From: an uncultured Clostridia bacterium
Lineage (GTDB): Bacteria > Bacillota > Clostridia > TANB77 > CAG-508
Direction of reading: 5' to 3'
Length of the DNA: 61,614 nucleotides
Assembly (NCBI GenBank): GCA_947625895.1
Contig: CANQPZ010000002.1
Span: forward strand, 1-61,614
Shown here piece by piece: positions 38,483 to 48,978 of this stretch. The notes beneath the pieces are model-generated. The model was not told the origin of the DNA and searched no databases. It saw nothing but the letters and a program-made list of their open reading frames with translations. A program made the position numbers and the translations under genes. How positions within the stretch are numbered: position 1 is the first letter of the stretch; every line of letters begins with the position of its first letter.

Positions 38483-38905
38483 ATGGATAAGTTCAAAGAA
38501 ATAAGACCAATTGTGCTTGGAATAGTAAGAGATGGCAATAAAATATTAGTTAGTAAAGGATATGATAAAGTTAAAAATGAAACATTTTACAGATGTATAG
38601 GTGGTGGAATAGAGTTCCTAGAAAATAGTAAAGAAGCATTGAAAAGAGAATTCAAAGAAGAACTTGATATAGAAATTAAAGTAGGAGATTTTTTAGGAAT
38701 TTCTGAAAATATATTTACTTACAATGGAAAAAATGCACACGAATTAATACTATTCTACAATGTGGAAATACAAGATGGGGACTATAAGGAAAAATATCAT
38801 ATAGTTGATGATAATTCTGAATCGGATGCAGAATGGGTAGAAATAGATAGATTTTTAAATAAAGAATTTAAAATTTATCCAGAAGAAATGTTTAAATATT
38901 TTTAG
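38483..38905 (+). CDS. NUDIX hydrolase
   Basis: Nudix box GGGIEFLENSKEALKREFKEELDI. Confidence 0.8.
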   Translation: MDKFKEIRPIVLGIVRDGNKILVSKGYDKVKNETFYRCIGGGIEFLENSKEALKREFKEELDIEIKVGDFLGISENIFTYNGKNAHELILFYNVEIQDGDYKEKYHIVDDNSESDAEWVEIDRFLNKEFKIYPEEMFKYF

Positions 38906-38915
38906 GAGGTAAATT

Positions 38916-39233
38916 ATGGATAGTATTGAAATTGAAAATGCAAAGAAAAATTTAGAAAGTTGGTTAGCACATCCAAATGAATTAGGTAAAAGACCATCAA
39001 GTATAGAATATACTAATTCATTTAAAGATGAAGATGGAATTAACTGCATGATTTTTAAATATAAAAAATCAATGTTTGGGAAATGGCTATTAGGAATAGT
39101 TAGTGAATCAGGTACTTTTAGTGAAATGAAAGAATACAATAGCGCCACTGAAATAGAGGATGCAAAAGAAATATTAAATATGTTAAAAAATTATTGGAAA
39201 CAAAGAGCTAAAGAAATGCAATCAAAGCAATAA
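38916..39233 (+). CDS. hypothetical protein
   Basis: 105-aa ORF with AGGAGG upstream. No family recognised. Confidence 0.5.
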   Translation: MDSIEIENAKKNLESWLAHPNELGKRPSSIEYTNSFKDEDGINCMIFKYKKSMFGKWLLGIVSESGTFSEMKEYNSATEIEDAKEILNMLKNYWKQRAKEMQSKQ

Positions 39234-39292
39234 AAACTAACTAAAGCAGAATATTAAGATATCACAGTTTATGAAGAAAGAGATGAACTAAA

Positions 39293-40084
39293 ATGTTTGC
39301 AAATATAGGAAAATATAAACCTTGTGGAATGTTTACAACAGGACATTTTATATTATTAACAATAACATGCATTGGAATTATAATTGCGTTGAAATTCACA
39401 GAAAATAAAAATAGAGAGCAGGTACATAAAATAATTAAAAACTTAACAATTACTGCATGTATATTAGAAGTTATAAAAATTATATTTAATGTAAAGCAAA
39501 ATTCAATTAGAGCAATTAATACATATGTGCCACTTTATTATTGCAGTATATTAATATATGCTGGATTATTAAGTTCTTTTGCAAAAGGTGTGATAAAAAG
39601 AATAGGAGATGTATCTTTGGCAACTGGTGCAATAATAGGTGGAATAGTATTTTTATTATATCCATCAACATCATTACCAAATTATCCAGTTTTTCACTTT
39701 TTAAGTCTTCATAGTTTTCTATTTCATGGAATTATGGTGTACTTAGGAATATTAATTAATAAAACAAGATATATAGAACTTAAAAAGGAAGACTTAAAAT
39801 ATTTTGCAGGCTTAATTGGTGGAATGAGCATTCTAGCTGTAATTATAAATAACATCTTTGGTAGCAATTTAATGTTTATATCAGAGAATTTTCCAGGAAA
39901 TCCAATAGAAATGATATATAATGCTACTAATGGTGGATTTTTATTTACGACAATTATGATTGCTTTGCAAATGACATTACCATTTTATACAATTTTCTAC
40001 ATTCAAAAATTAGTGAGAGAATTTAAAAACAAACAAAAAAGTATTTCAGAACAAGCTATTACAAATAACGAAGTCAAAGTATAA
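39293..40084 (+). CDS. integral membrane protein, possibly YwaF/TIGR02206-like
   Basis: About 7 predicted TM helices. The family guess is from memory. Confidence 0.45.
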   Translation: MFANIGKYKPCGMFTTGHFILLTITCIGIIIALKFTENKNREQVHKIIKNLTITACILEVIKIIFNVKQNSIRAINTYVPLYYCSILIYAGLLSSFAKGVIKRIGDVSLATGAIIGGIVFLLYPSTSLPNYPVFHFLSLHSFLFHGIMVYLGILINKTRYIELKKEDLKYFAGLIGGMSILAVIINNIFGSNLMFISENFPGNPIEMIYNATNGGFLFTTIMIALQMTLPFYTIFYIQKLVREFKNKQKSISEQAITNNEVKV

Positions 40085-40164
40085 AAATCAAATGAAATAT
40101 AATTTATTTACAATTTATATAATTTTGTATAAAATACATTTTAGTATAAAAGTTGGAGGTTAAT

Positions 40165-40617
40165 ATGAAAGAATTTGATTTACTATGTAAAGAAGTAGAA
40201 GATTTAAGTGATGAAGAATATTCAAGTTTTTTAAGGGAAAAATCTTTAAAATTAATGGCAAACCTAAAATTAATTACTGATAATGGAATTGAAGGAGACG
40301 TAGCATTCTGCTCATTTATGATTAGCTCTGTTGTAGCTGATGGAAAATTATCAGAAGAAGAATATATTTTAATGCTACCTTTTTTACGTACTTTCTTTGG
40401 AAATGATACTAACTATGAGGAATGCAAAAAAACAATTAGTAAGTCATTAAAAGAAAATAAAGAACTAAAAGATACTGTAGATACAATGGTTGATATTTTT
40501 GGAATGCTATCAGATGAATTAAAAGATGATGCAATTATAGTATGTTTATTAATTTGTTCAGTAGATGGAAAAATTTCACATAAAGAGAAAAAATGGATTA
40601 AGCAATTAATCAAATAA
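40165..40617 (+). CDS. TerB-like (tellurite-resistance/DjlA N-terminal-like) protein
   Basis: Two DGK(L/I)S..E repeats: VVADGKLSEEEYILM and SVDGKISHKEKKWIKQL. ATG 40165 follows GGAGG. Confidence 0.4.
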   Translation: MKEFDLLCKEVEDLSDEEYSSFLREKSLKLMANLKLITDNGIEGDVAFCSFMISSVVADGKLSEEEYILMLPFLRTFFGNDTNYEECKKTISKSLKENKELKDTVDTMVDIFGMLSDELKDDAIIVCLLICSVDGKISHKEKKWIKQLIK

Positions 40618-40745
40618 TTTAAAATCAGAAAGTATATAACAAAATAAGTAGCAGAATTTATTTTGAGTAATAAGACTCGTGTGCAATAAAAAGTGCACGC
40701 GAAGTCTTTTTTTGCATATATGTAAAGCAGAGGAAAGAGGAAAAA

Positions 40746-41705
40746 ATGTTATTATCAATATTATTAATAATTGTTGGATTTGCACTACTAATAAAAGGAG
40801 CAGACTTCCTAGTAGATGGAAGTAGCGGAATAGCAAAGAAATTTCATATTCCAGAAATTATAATTGGATTGACAATAGTTTCAATAGGAACTTCAATGCC
40901 AGAATTGTTTGTAAGTTCAACATCATCATTAAATGGCTCATCAGACATGGCACTAGGAAATATAATAGGAAGCAATATATGCAACTTATTACTGATTCTA
41001 GGATTGTCTACTATCATTAGATCTGTAAAATTTCAAAGAGAGACAAGATTAATTGAAATACCAATGTGTCTTGCTATAACAATTATTTTTACAATATTCT
41101 GTAATACTTCTGGAACAATAACAAGACCGGAAGCAATTGCATTAATAGCATTATTTATATTGTTCTTATTGTACACAATAATTATGGGAAAGAAGGGTGA
41201 ACAATTCGATAAAGAAGATAATGAGCCTGAAGTAAAAACAGATGAAAAACAAATATCTATTTTCAAAAGCATATTATTTATCATTTTAGGAATTATTGGA
41301 CTTAAAATTGGAGGAGATTTAACAGTAGATAATGCTACCATAATAGCTAGAATGTTCAATATAAGTGAGAAAATAATAAGCCTAACAATTCTTGCAATTG
41401 GTACAAGTTTGCCAGAATTAGTAACTAGTGTTACAGCTGCAATAAAAGGAAATAGTGACATAGCTATTGGAAATATTATTGGTTCTAACATATTTAATAT
41501 ATTACTTATAATTGGTGTATCAGCTTTGATTTCGCCATTAGCATATAATTTTACTTATAATATACAAATGGGAATATTAATATTAGCAACTATAGTATTA
41601 TCATTATTCCCAGTTATTCCACCAAAAAATGAGATGAGTAGATTAAACGGAACAGTCTACCTAGCAATGTATATTGCATATATGGTAATTTTATTTGTGA
41701 TATAA
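40746..41705 (+). CDS. Ca2+/Na+ antiporter (CaCA/YrbG family)
   Basis: Duplicated alpha-repeats GTSMPELFVS and GTSLPELVTS, plus GNIIGSNI twice. Confidence 0.85.
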   Translation: MLLSILLIIVGFALLIKGADFLVDGSSGIAKKFHIPEIIIGLTIVSIGTSMPELFVSSTSSLNGSSDMALGNIIGSNICNLLLILGLSTIIRSVKFQRETRLIEIPMCLAITIIFTIFCNTSGTITRPEAIALIALFILFLLYTIIMGKKGEQFDKEDNEPEVKTDEKQISIFKSILFIILGIIGLKIGGDLTVDNATIIARMFNISEKIISLTILAIGTSLPELVTSVTAAIKGNSDIAIGNIIGSNIFNILLIIGVSALISPLAYNFTYNIQMGILILATIVLSLFPVIPPKNEMSRLNGTVYLAMYIAYMVILFVI

Positions 41706-41781
41706 TTAGAACAATGGAAATTTTATTAATATAAGTTTATAATATTATTATCTAATAATTTTTTTATAGTAAGAGGGAAAA

Positions 41782-42948
41782 ATGTATAATATAACAAATG
41801 CAGTAGAAGACGAAGAAAATGAAAATAATTATAAAAAAATATTAGTTCTTTCATGTGGGACTGGTGGAGGACATAATACAGCAGCAAAAGCTATTCAAGA
41901 AGAACTTCTTGAAAGAAACGTTAAAACAGACTTTAAAGAATACTTAGAAATAATTAATCCTAAGTTAAAAGAAAATATAAATAACTTATATATAAAAACT
42001 ACTAAAGGAAATGGAAAATTATTCAAAAGAGTATATAGGCTTGGAGAAATATATGAAAAAACAAAATTAAAATCACCAGTATACTATTTTAATAGTCTAA
42101 ACAAAAATAAATTATATGACTACATACAAGATAATGATTATAACTATGTAATTACTACACATTTATTTGCAGCACAAGCATTGACAGCAATAAAAAAAGA
42201 ACATGATATTCGTTTTATGCAAGTTGCGACAGACTATGTAAGTATACCATTTTGGGAAGAAACTAATCCTGACTATTTTGTTATTCCAAGTAAAGAATTA
42301 GAATCAGATTTTGTAAAAAAAGGCATAAGCAAACAAAAATTATTAGCACTTGGAATCCCTGTAAAAAAACAATTCAGAAAACAATATGATAAAAAAGAAA
42401 TGAAAAAACAATTAAAATTAGATATTAATAGAAAATATATACTAATTTTAAATGGAAGTATGGGATTTGGTAGTGTAGAAAAGCTTACTAAAAAATTATT
42501 AAAAAATATTAAAGATGTCACTTTTATTATTTCTTGTGGTAATAATAAAAAATTACTTGATTCATTAAATACAAAATATAAAAACGATAAAAGAATTATA
42601 GCACTTCCATTTACAAATGAATTAGGCAAGTATATGGCTATATCTGATGTCATACTAAGCAAACCTGGAGGATTAACATCAACAGAAATTGTATCAATGA
42701 GAAAGCCATTAATCCATATAATGCCAATTCCAGGTTGCGAAAATTATAATGCAAACTTTTTTGCTCAAAGACAAATGTCATTAAAGTGTGATAATATAGA
42801 TGAAGTAATAGATAATACAAAAAAACTACTAAATAATCCAAATCTACAAAATGAAATAACTGAAAATCAGAAAAAATATATATCAGAAGATACGTGTGAG
42901 AAAATAGCAGAAATTGTTCTAAACGAATTAGATAAAGGAATTGTATAA
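41782..42948 (+). CDS. glycolipid synthase-type glycosyltransferase (MGDG synthase/UgtP-like, GT28)
   Basis: ILVLSCGTGGGHNTAAKAI at the N-terminus and SKPGGLTSTE at the C-terminus. The stop overlaps the next start (TAATG). Confidence 0.7.
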   Translation: MYNITNAVEDEENENNYKKILVLSCGTGGGHNTAAKAIQEELLERNVKTDFKEYLEIINPKLKENINNLYIKTTKGNGKLFKRVYRLGEIYEKTKLKSPVYYFNSLNKNKLYDYIQDNDYNYVITTHLFAAQALTAIKKEHDIRFMQVATDYVSIPFWEETNPDYFVIPSKELESDFVKKGISKQKLLALGIPVKKQFRKQYDKKEMKKQLKLDINRKYILILNGSMGFGSVEKLTKKLLKNIKDVTFIISCGNNKKLLDSLNTKYKNDKRIIALPFTNELGKYMAISDVILSKPGGLTSTEIVSMRKPLIHIMPIPGCENYNANFFAQRQMSLKCDNIDEVIDNTKKLLNNPNLQNEITENQKKYISEDTCEKIAEIVLNELDKGIV

Positions 42949-43700
42949 TGGAAAAATATTTTGAAGAAGAAATAGAATTAGCACCAAATGAAGACGAAGA
43001 TGTAATTCATTTATATGAACCATTAGAGTTTAAAATAGACAAAGATTATGAATACATCAAAGAAGGAAAATTGTTTTCTTTTTTTTCTAACGTATTATAC
43101 TATGGAATAGCATTTCCTATTTTATATATTTTAGACAAGATAGTATATGACTTGAAAATAGAAGGAAAAGAAAATATAAAGAACTTGAAAACAGGTGCTG
43201 TTAGTGTGTCAAACCATGTTTTAGTTTTAGATTGCACAATGATAGGACTATCTTGGAAATTTAAAAAAGTATATTATACAACAAGAGAAGGAAGCTTTAA
43301 AATTCCTTTTGTAAGAAAACTAATAAAATTATTAAGAGCAATACCTATTCCTGATGATTTGGAATACAAAAAATATTTTATAAAAGAAATAGATAAAGCC
43401 TTACAAAATGGAAAAGTAATACATTTATATCCTGAAAAAGCACTATGGCCACGCTATGAAAAATTAAGGGAATTCAAAAAAGGCGCTTTTAGCTTTGCAG
43501 TAAGAAATGACGTTCCTATAGTTCCAATAGTTATAGACTTTAGAGAGCCAGAAGGAATAAGAAAAATATTTAAGAAAAGTAAAGATGTTACTGTAAAAAT
43601 ATTAAAACCAGTTAAAAATACAGATCAAAAATTAACTCAAAAAGAACGCGTAGAAAAACTAAAAGAACAAGTTCATAATGCTATGAGTGAAAATATGTAA
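42948..43700 (+). CDS. lysophospholipid (1-acyl-sn-glycerol-3-phosphate-type) acyltransferase
   Basis: HX4D motif SNHVLVLDC, plus FPEK..W..-type and PIVP motifs. Confidence 0.7.
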   Translation: MEKYFEEEIELAPNEDEDVIHLYEPLEFKIDKDYEYIKEGKLFSFFSNVLYYGIAFPILYILDKIVYDLKIEGKENIKNLKTGAVSVSNHVLVLDCTMIGLSWKFKKVYYTTREGSFKIPFVRKLIKLLRAIPIPDDLEYKKYFIKEIDKALQNGKVIHLYPEKALWPRYEKLREFKKGAFSFAVRNDVPIVPIVIDFREPEGIRKIFKKSKDVTVKILKPVKNTDQKLTQKERVEKLKEQVHNAMSENM

Positions 43701-43786
43701 TAATTATAAAAATGGAAAAACTTAATTTGTAAAATAAATTTTTAAATGATAATATAAATTAAACACATAAAAGAAAGGAGTTTTTT

Positions 43787-44167
43787 ATGAGTAGAGAATT
43801 AGTTTTAAAAAAATGCAATAACTGTGGAGCATTAGTAGAAGTCCTAGAAGATTGTAATTGTGAAGGATGCGGAATTATTTGTTGTGGAGAACAAATGAAA
43901 AAAATAGAAGCAAATTCAGTAGATGCAGCAGTTGAAAAACATGTTCCAAATTATGAAGTTGATGGAGATAAAATAATTGTAAAAGTTAATCATGTTATGG
44001 AAGAAGAACATTATATAGAATGGATTGCAATGGCAAGCGATAAAGGAATCTGTAAGAAATTTTTCAAACCTGGAGAAACACCAGAAACTCATTTTAAATA
44101 TATTCCTGGAAGTAAAATATATGCTTATTGCAATAAACATAGTTTATGGAGCAATGAAGTAAAATAG
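43787..44167 (+). CDS. dfx: desulfoferrodoxin (superoxide reductase)
   Basis: N-terminal desulforedoxin-like cysteines CNNCG...CC, centre II region EKHVP...HVMEEEHYIEWI, and C-terminal CNKH. Confidence 0.85.
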   Translation: MSRELVLKKCNNCGALVEVLEDCNCEGCGIICCGEQMKKIEANSVDAAVEKHVPNYEVDGDKIIVKVNHVMEEEHYIEWIAMASDKGICKKFFKPGETPETHFKYIPGSKIYAYCNKHSLWSNEVK

Positions 44168-44244
44168 AAATAATCAAGACAGATAAAATATCTAATATTT
44201 ATCTGTCTTTTTAAGATAATTACTAAAAAAGAGGAGGATTTTTT

Positions 44245-45219
44245 ATGTGCACAGCAATAACATATAAAACAAAAGACCATTATTTTGGAAGAAATTTAGA
44301 TTTAGAATATTCATACAAAGAAACAGTAACAATAACACCAAGAAATTATAAATTCAAATTTAGAAATGGAAAGGAAATAGATGAACATTATGCAATAATT
44401 GGAATGGCATATGTTGCAAACGATTATCCACTTTATTATGATGCCATTAATGAAAAAGGATTAGGAATGGCAGGATTAAATTTTCCAGATAATGCAGATT
44501 ATAAAGAAATAAATCCTGAAAAAGACAATGTTGCTCCATTTGAGTTTATACCATGGATATTAACACAATGTGAAAATATTGATGAAGCAAAAGAATTACT
44601 TAGCAGAATAAACATTGCTCAAATAAATTTTAGCGACAGCCTTCCAGCATCGCCATTACATTGGATTATTGCAGATAAAGATAGTTCAATTACAGTAGAG
44701 AGTGTTAAAGATGGATTAAAAATTTATGATAATCCAGTTGGAGTTTTAACAAACAATCCAACTTTTGATATTCAAATGTTTAATTTAAATAATTATATTG
44801 GATTATCAATAGAACAACCTGAAAATAATTTCTCAAAGAAATTAGATTTAAACTTATATAGTCGTGGAATGGGAGGATTAGGACTTCCAGGAGATTTATC
44901 TTCTGCATCAAGATTTGTAAAAGCTACATTTACAAAGATGAATTCTTTATCAGGAGATTCAGAATCTGAAAGTATTAGTCAATTTTTCCATATACTTGGT
45001 TCTGTTGAACAACAAAGAGGCTGTGTTCATATGGGAGAGGATAAATATGAAATAACAATATATAGTTCATGCTGCAATGTTGATAAAGGAATATATTATT
45101 ATACAACTTATGAAAACAGCCAAATTACAGGAATTGATATGAATAAAGAAGATTTAGATGGAGAAAAACTTGTTAGTTATGATCTAATAAAAGGTCAACA
45201 AATTCGTATGCAAAATTAG
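44245..45219 (+). CDS. choloylglycine (bile salt) hydrolase / penicillin V acylase family Ntn hydrolase
   Basis: MCTAITY.....FGRNLD has the catalytic Cys2. Length is about 324 aa. Confidence 0.85.
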   Translation: MCTAITYKTKDHYFGRNLDLEYSYKETVTITPRNYKFKFRNGKEIDEHYAIIGMAYVANDYPLYYDAINEKGLGMAGLNFPDNADYKEINPEKDNVAPFEFIPWILTQCENIDEAKELLSRINIAQINFSDSLPASPLHWIIADKDSSITVESVKDGLKIYDNPVGVLTNNPTFDIQMFNLNNYIGLSIEQPENNFSKKLDLNLYSRGMGGLGLPGDLSSASRFVKATFTKMNSLSGDSESESISQFFHILGSVEQQRGCVHMGEDKYEITIYSSCCNVDKGIYYYTTYENSQITGIDMNKEDLDGEKLVSYDLIKGQQIRMQN

Positions 45220-45293
45220 AAAAACATATAAATAGATTTTTAAAGTAGTGGGGTATATATTAAAATGAACCAATTTTAGTATATACCCCCTTA

Positions 45294-45322
45294 TTTACAA
45301 TATACCCTATAGGGTATATAAT
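45294..45322 (+). promoter_or_regulatory. cop operon promoter with a CsoR operator in the spacer
   Basis: TTTACA (45294-45299), 17 nt, TATAAT (45317-45322). The spacer holds the perfect palindrome ATATACCCTATAGGGTATAT (45300-45319), a CsoR-type TACCC..GGGTA box. Confidence 0.65.
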
Positions 45323-45341
45323 AACAATGGTGATGATAAAA

Positions 45342-45644
45342 ATGAATAAAGAATGTTGTGGGAAGAAAACTACAAAAAGAAGTGACGACGAGAAAAAGCT
45401 TATCAATAACAGATTAAATAGAATAGAAGGACAAATTAGAGGAATAAAGAAAATGATAGATGAAGATGCTTATTGTAATGATGTACTTATTCAGCTATCA
45501 GCTATTGAAAATTCAATAAAAAGTCTATCAAACCATGTCTTAGAAAATCACTTATACAGTTGCGTTTCAAGAGATTTAGAAAATGGGAAAATAGAAACGC
45601 TAGATGAAGTTGTAAGTCTATTTAAAAGATTTAATAAAAATTAA
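45342..45644 (+). CDS. csoR: copper-sensing transcriptional repressor CsoR
   Basis: RLNRIEGQIRGIKKMI..DAYCNDVLIQLSA...HLYSC (DUF156/CsoR). The start is chosen downstream of the predicted TSS. The alternatives 45327 and 45333 cannot be excluded. Confidence 0.8.
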   Translation: MNKECCGKKTTKRSDDEKKLINNRLNRIEGQIRGIKKMIDEDAYCNDVLIQLSAIENSIKSLSNHVLENHLYSCVSRDLENGKIETLDEVVSLFKRFNKN

Positions 45645-45665
45645 TAAAGAAAGGAAGATTTTAAG

Positions 45666-45878
45666 ATGAGTGAAAAAGTTATTAATGTAAAAGGAATGAT
45701 GTGTAATGGGTGCGAAAACAGAATTAAAAACGCACTTGGAAGCATGGAAGGAGTAAAAGAAGTTACAGCAGATCATAATACTGGAAAAGTAACAGTAAAA
45801 TATGAAGACAATGTAGAAGTAAATGCATTAGAACAAAAAATAGAAGATATTGGATTTGAAGTTGTAAAGGAAGATTAA
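45666..45878 (+). CDS. copZ: copper chaperone (HMA domain)
   Basis: GMMCNGCENRI metal-binding motif, 70 aa. Confidence 0.85.
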   Translation: MSEKVINVKGMMCNGCENRIKNALGSMEGVKEVTADHNTGKVTVKYEDNVEVNALEQKIEDIGFEVVKED

Positions 45879-45879
45879 A

Positions 45880-48093
45880 ATGAAAAAAATAATTTTATCA
45901 ATTGATGGAATGACATGTAGTGCATGTTCAAATGGACTTGAAAAATATTTGAATAAACAAGAAGGAATACAAAATGCGTCTGTTAATTTGGTAATGGCTA
46001 ATGCAACAATAGAATACAATGAAAAACTATTAAAATTAGAAGATTTAGATAGATTTGTTAAAGAAGCTGGATTTAAAAGTTTAGGTGAATTTAAGGAAAT
46101 AAAAACTGAAGCTAAAAGTAAAAAAGAAAAAATAAAATTTATTATTTTTACAATTTTAGCAATAGTCTTAATGTATATTTCAATGGGACATATGATTAAT
46201 CTACCAACAATTCCATTTTTAGATCCGCATATGTACACAAATAACTATATAATTTCATTACTTGTAATTACAATACTATTCATATTTTATGGGTTTGATA
46301 TTTTGAAAAATGGCTATAAAAATTTAATTCATAAAACACCTAATATGGATACATTAGTTGGAATAGGAGTACTTGCAAGCTTTGGATATAGCTTATACAA
46401 CATATATCTTGTATTCAAAGGATATAATCATAATGTAATGAATTTATATCTCGAATCAGCAGCTATAGTAATTTACTTTATAAAATTAGGAAGATATATA
46501 GATGGAATAAGTAAAGATAAAACTAAAGAAGCTATTCAAAAATTAGTTAAAATTACTCCTAATACAGCAGTTATAAAAGTAGACGGAATAGAAAAAGAAG
46601 TTACACTTGATGAAATTCAAAAAGGAGATATAGTAATTTCTAAAGCAGGAGAAAAAATTGCTGTAGATGGAGAGATAATTTCTGGAAAAGCACATTTAGA
46701 TGAATCTTTTATAACAGGCGAAAGTAAGCCTGCATCTAAAGAAAAAGGAAACAAAGTAATTGCAGGAAGCTTGAATTATGATGGTTATATTGAATATAAA
46801 GCTGAAAGAATAGGAAGAGAGTCAACAGTATCAGAAATTGTAAGACTAGTTGTAGAAGCAAGTAATACAAAAGCACCAATTGCTAAAATTGCAGATAAAG
46901 TAGCAGGAATATTTGTACCAGCAGTCATTTTAATTGCAATAGTTACATTTTTTGCATATCTAGCATTAGGTCAAGGATTTAGCACAGCCATAACAACTTT
47001 TGTTACAGTATTAGTAGTTGCATGTCCATGTAGCTTAGGATTAGCAACTCCACTTGCAATTGTTGTAAGTGAAGGACTATGTGCTTCAAATGGAATTTTG
47101 ATAAAGAAAAGTGAAATACTAGAAAATGCTACAAAAGTAAATACAATAGTTTTTGACAAAACAGGAACATTAACATATGGAACTTTAAAAATAGCTGAAG
47201 TGGTTAATTATGGAGACATAGAAGAAAAGGAATTACTACGATTAGCAGGAAGTATAGAAAATAAATCAACACATCCAATAGCAAAAGCTTTTAAAGACTA
47301 TTTGGAAGAGAACAAAATTGAATTTCTTGATGTTGAAAATTTTGAAAATATTGCAGGTTTTGGAATAATAGGAAAAATAAATGGTGAAGAAATTATATTA
47401 GGAAATTCAAAAATATTAGATAAATACCAAATAAAAAACGAACATTTAGAAGATGAAAAAAGATTAGCTGAAAATGGAAATAGCATAGTATATGTCATAA
47501 AAGATAAAAAAATTCAAGGCATAATTGGAGTAAATGATATTGTTAGAGAAGAAGCAAAAGATGTTGTTAAGATTTTAAATAGCAAAAATATTGATACAGT
47601 TATGCTAACTGGAGACAATGAGTCAACCGCAGAAAAAATAGCAAAAGAGATAGGAATAACAAAAGTAATATCAAATGTTTTACCATCTGAAAAAGCAAAA
47701 TTAATAAAAGATTTAAAAAACAATAATAAATTCGTAATGATGTGTGGAGATGGAATAAATGATAGTCCTGCCTTAGCTAGCTCAGATATAGGAGTAAGCG
47801 TCAATAGCGGAACAGATATAGCAATGGACTCATCAGAAGTTATATTAACAAATAATAATTTAAAAAGCATAATTAATCTTATAAATATTAGTAAAAGAAC
47901 AATTAAAAATATAAAACAAAATTTGTTCTGGGCATTTTTCTATAATTGCTTAATGATACCAATAGCTATAGGTGTACTAAAACCATTTAACATATCAATT
48001 AATCCTATGATAGCAAGTTTAGCAATGGTATTGAGTAGCATAACAGTTATTTTAAATGCATTAAGATTAAAAAGTATAAAAAATATAAAATAA
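45880..48093 (+). CDS. copA: Cu(I)-translocating P1B-type ATPase
   Basis: N-terminal GMTCSACS, then CPC (ACPCSLGLATP), DKTGTLT and GDGINDSPAL. Confidence 0.95.
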   Translation: MKKIILSIDGMTCSACSNGLEKYLNKQEGIQNASVNLVMANATIEYNEKLLKLEDLDRFVKEAGFKSLGEFKEIKTEAKSKKEKIKFIIFTILAIVLMYISMGHMINLPTIPFLDPHMYTNNYIISLLVITILFIFYGFDILKNGYKNLIHKTPNMDTLVGIGVLASFGYSLYNIYLVFKGYNHNVMNLYLESAAIVIYFIKLGRYIDGISKDKTKEAIQKLVKITPNTAVIKVDGIEKEVTLDEIQKGDIVISKAGEKIAVDGEIISGKAHLDESFITGESKPASKEKGNKVIAGSLNYDGYIEYKAERIGRESTVSEIVRLVVEASNTKAPIAKIADKVAGIFVPAVILIAIVTFFAYLALGQGFSTAITTFVTVLVVACPCSLGLATPLAIVVSEGLCASNGILIKKSEILENATKVNTIVFDKTGTLTYGTLKIAEVVNYGDIEEKELLRLAGSIENKSTHPIAKAFKDYLEENKIEFLDVENFENIAGFGIIGKINGEEIILGNSKILDKYQIKNEHLEDEKRLAENGNSIVYVIKDKKIQGIIGVNDIVREEAKDVVKILNSKNIDTVMLTGDNESTAEKIAKEIGITKVISNVLPSEKAKLIKDLKNNNKFVMMCGDGINDSPALASSDIGVSVNSGTDIAMDSSEVILTNNNLKSIINLINISKRTIKNIKQNLFWAFFYNCLMIPIAIGVLKPFNISINPMIASLAMVLSSITVILNALRLKSIKNIK

Positions 48094-48217
48094 ACTCTAA
48101 AAAGCAAGTGAATATAGCGATTTCACTTGTTTTTTAATGCTTAAGTATTGTATAATATAGTACTGTAAAGCATAAAAACAAATTAGAATTAAAATTTTCT
48201 TATAGAAGGAGAAAATT

Positions 48218-48970
48218 ATGTTAGATCAATTTTCTAGAACAGAATTATTAATAGGAAAAGAAGCAATAGAAAAATTAAATAATGCAAAAGTAGCTATATT
48301 TGGAATTGGAGGAGTAGGTTCTTTCGTCGTTGAAGGACTAGCAAGAGCCGGCGTTGGAAAATTCATTATAGTAGACGATGATAAAGTTTGCTTAACTAAT
48401 TTAAATAGACAAATACTTGCAACCCATAAAACTATTGGAAAAAATAAAGTTGATGTAGCAAAAGAGAGAATATTAGATATAAATCCTAAAGCATCAGTTG
48501 AAACATATCAAGAATTTTTCATGCCAGAAAGCAAAGAAATTATAGATGAAACAGTTAATTATGTAGTGGATTGTGTGGATACAGTAACAGCAAAAATCGA
48601 ATTAGTTGTGAGAACAAATAAACTTAATATTCCAATAATTTCATGTATGGGAACAGGGAATAAATTAGATCCAACGAAATTTGAAGTTACTGATATATAT
48701 AAAACTAGTGTATGTCCACTTGCTAAAGTAATGAGAAAAGAATTAAGAGAACGAGGAATAAAAAAATTAAAGGTTTTATATTCTAAAGAAGAACCAATAA
48801 AAATTGATGAGACATCAGAAAGTAGTTGCAAGAATGGATGCATATGCCCACCAGAAACTAAAAGAAAATGTACTATAAGAAATCAAGTTCCAGGTAGTAT
48901 ATCATTTGTACCATCTGTTGCAGGTTTGATTATAGCTGGAGAAGTAATTAAAGATATAATTGGAAAGTAG
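48218..48970 (+). CDS. tcdA: tRNA threonylcarbamoyladenosine dehydratase (ThiF/E1-like)
   Basis: FSRTELLIGKEAIEKL...GIGGVGS...DDDKVCLTNLNRQ. Confidence 0.8.
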   Translation: MLDQFSRTELLIGKEAIEKLNNAKVAIFGIGGVGSFVVEGLARAGVGKFIIVDDDKVCLTNLNRQILATHKTIGKNKVDVAKERILDINPKASVETYQEFFMPESKEIIDETVNYVVDCVDTVTAKIELVVRTNKLNIPIISCMGTGNKLDPTKFEVTDIYKTSVCPLAKVMRKELRERGIKKLKVLYSKEEPIKIDETSESSCKNGCICPPETKRKCTIRNQVPGSISFVPSVAGLIIAGEVIKDIIGK

Positions 48971-48978
48971 GAAAAGAC

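Noticed and set aside
37035-38905. Sir2-family gene near a NUDIX gene, considered as a possible NAD-depleting defence module (Thoeris/DSR/SIR2-HerA type).
   Set aside because: The Sir2 protein is a short canonical CobB deacylase (244 aa, Zn ribbon, no extra sensor or effector domain). It is separated from the NUDIX gene by an esterase. All have host composition and separate SDs. There is no ATPase or TIR partner.
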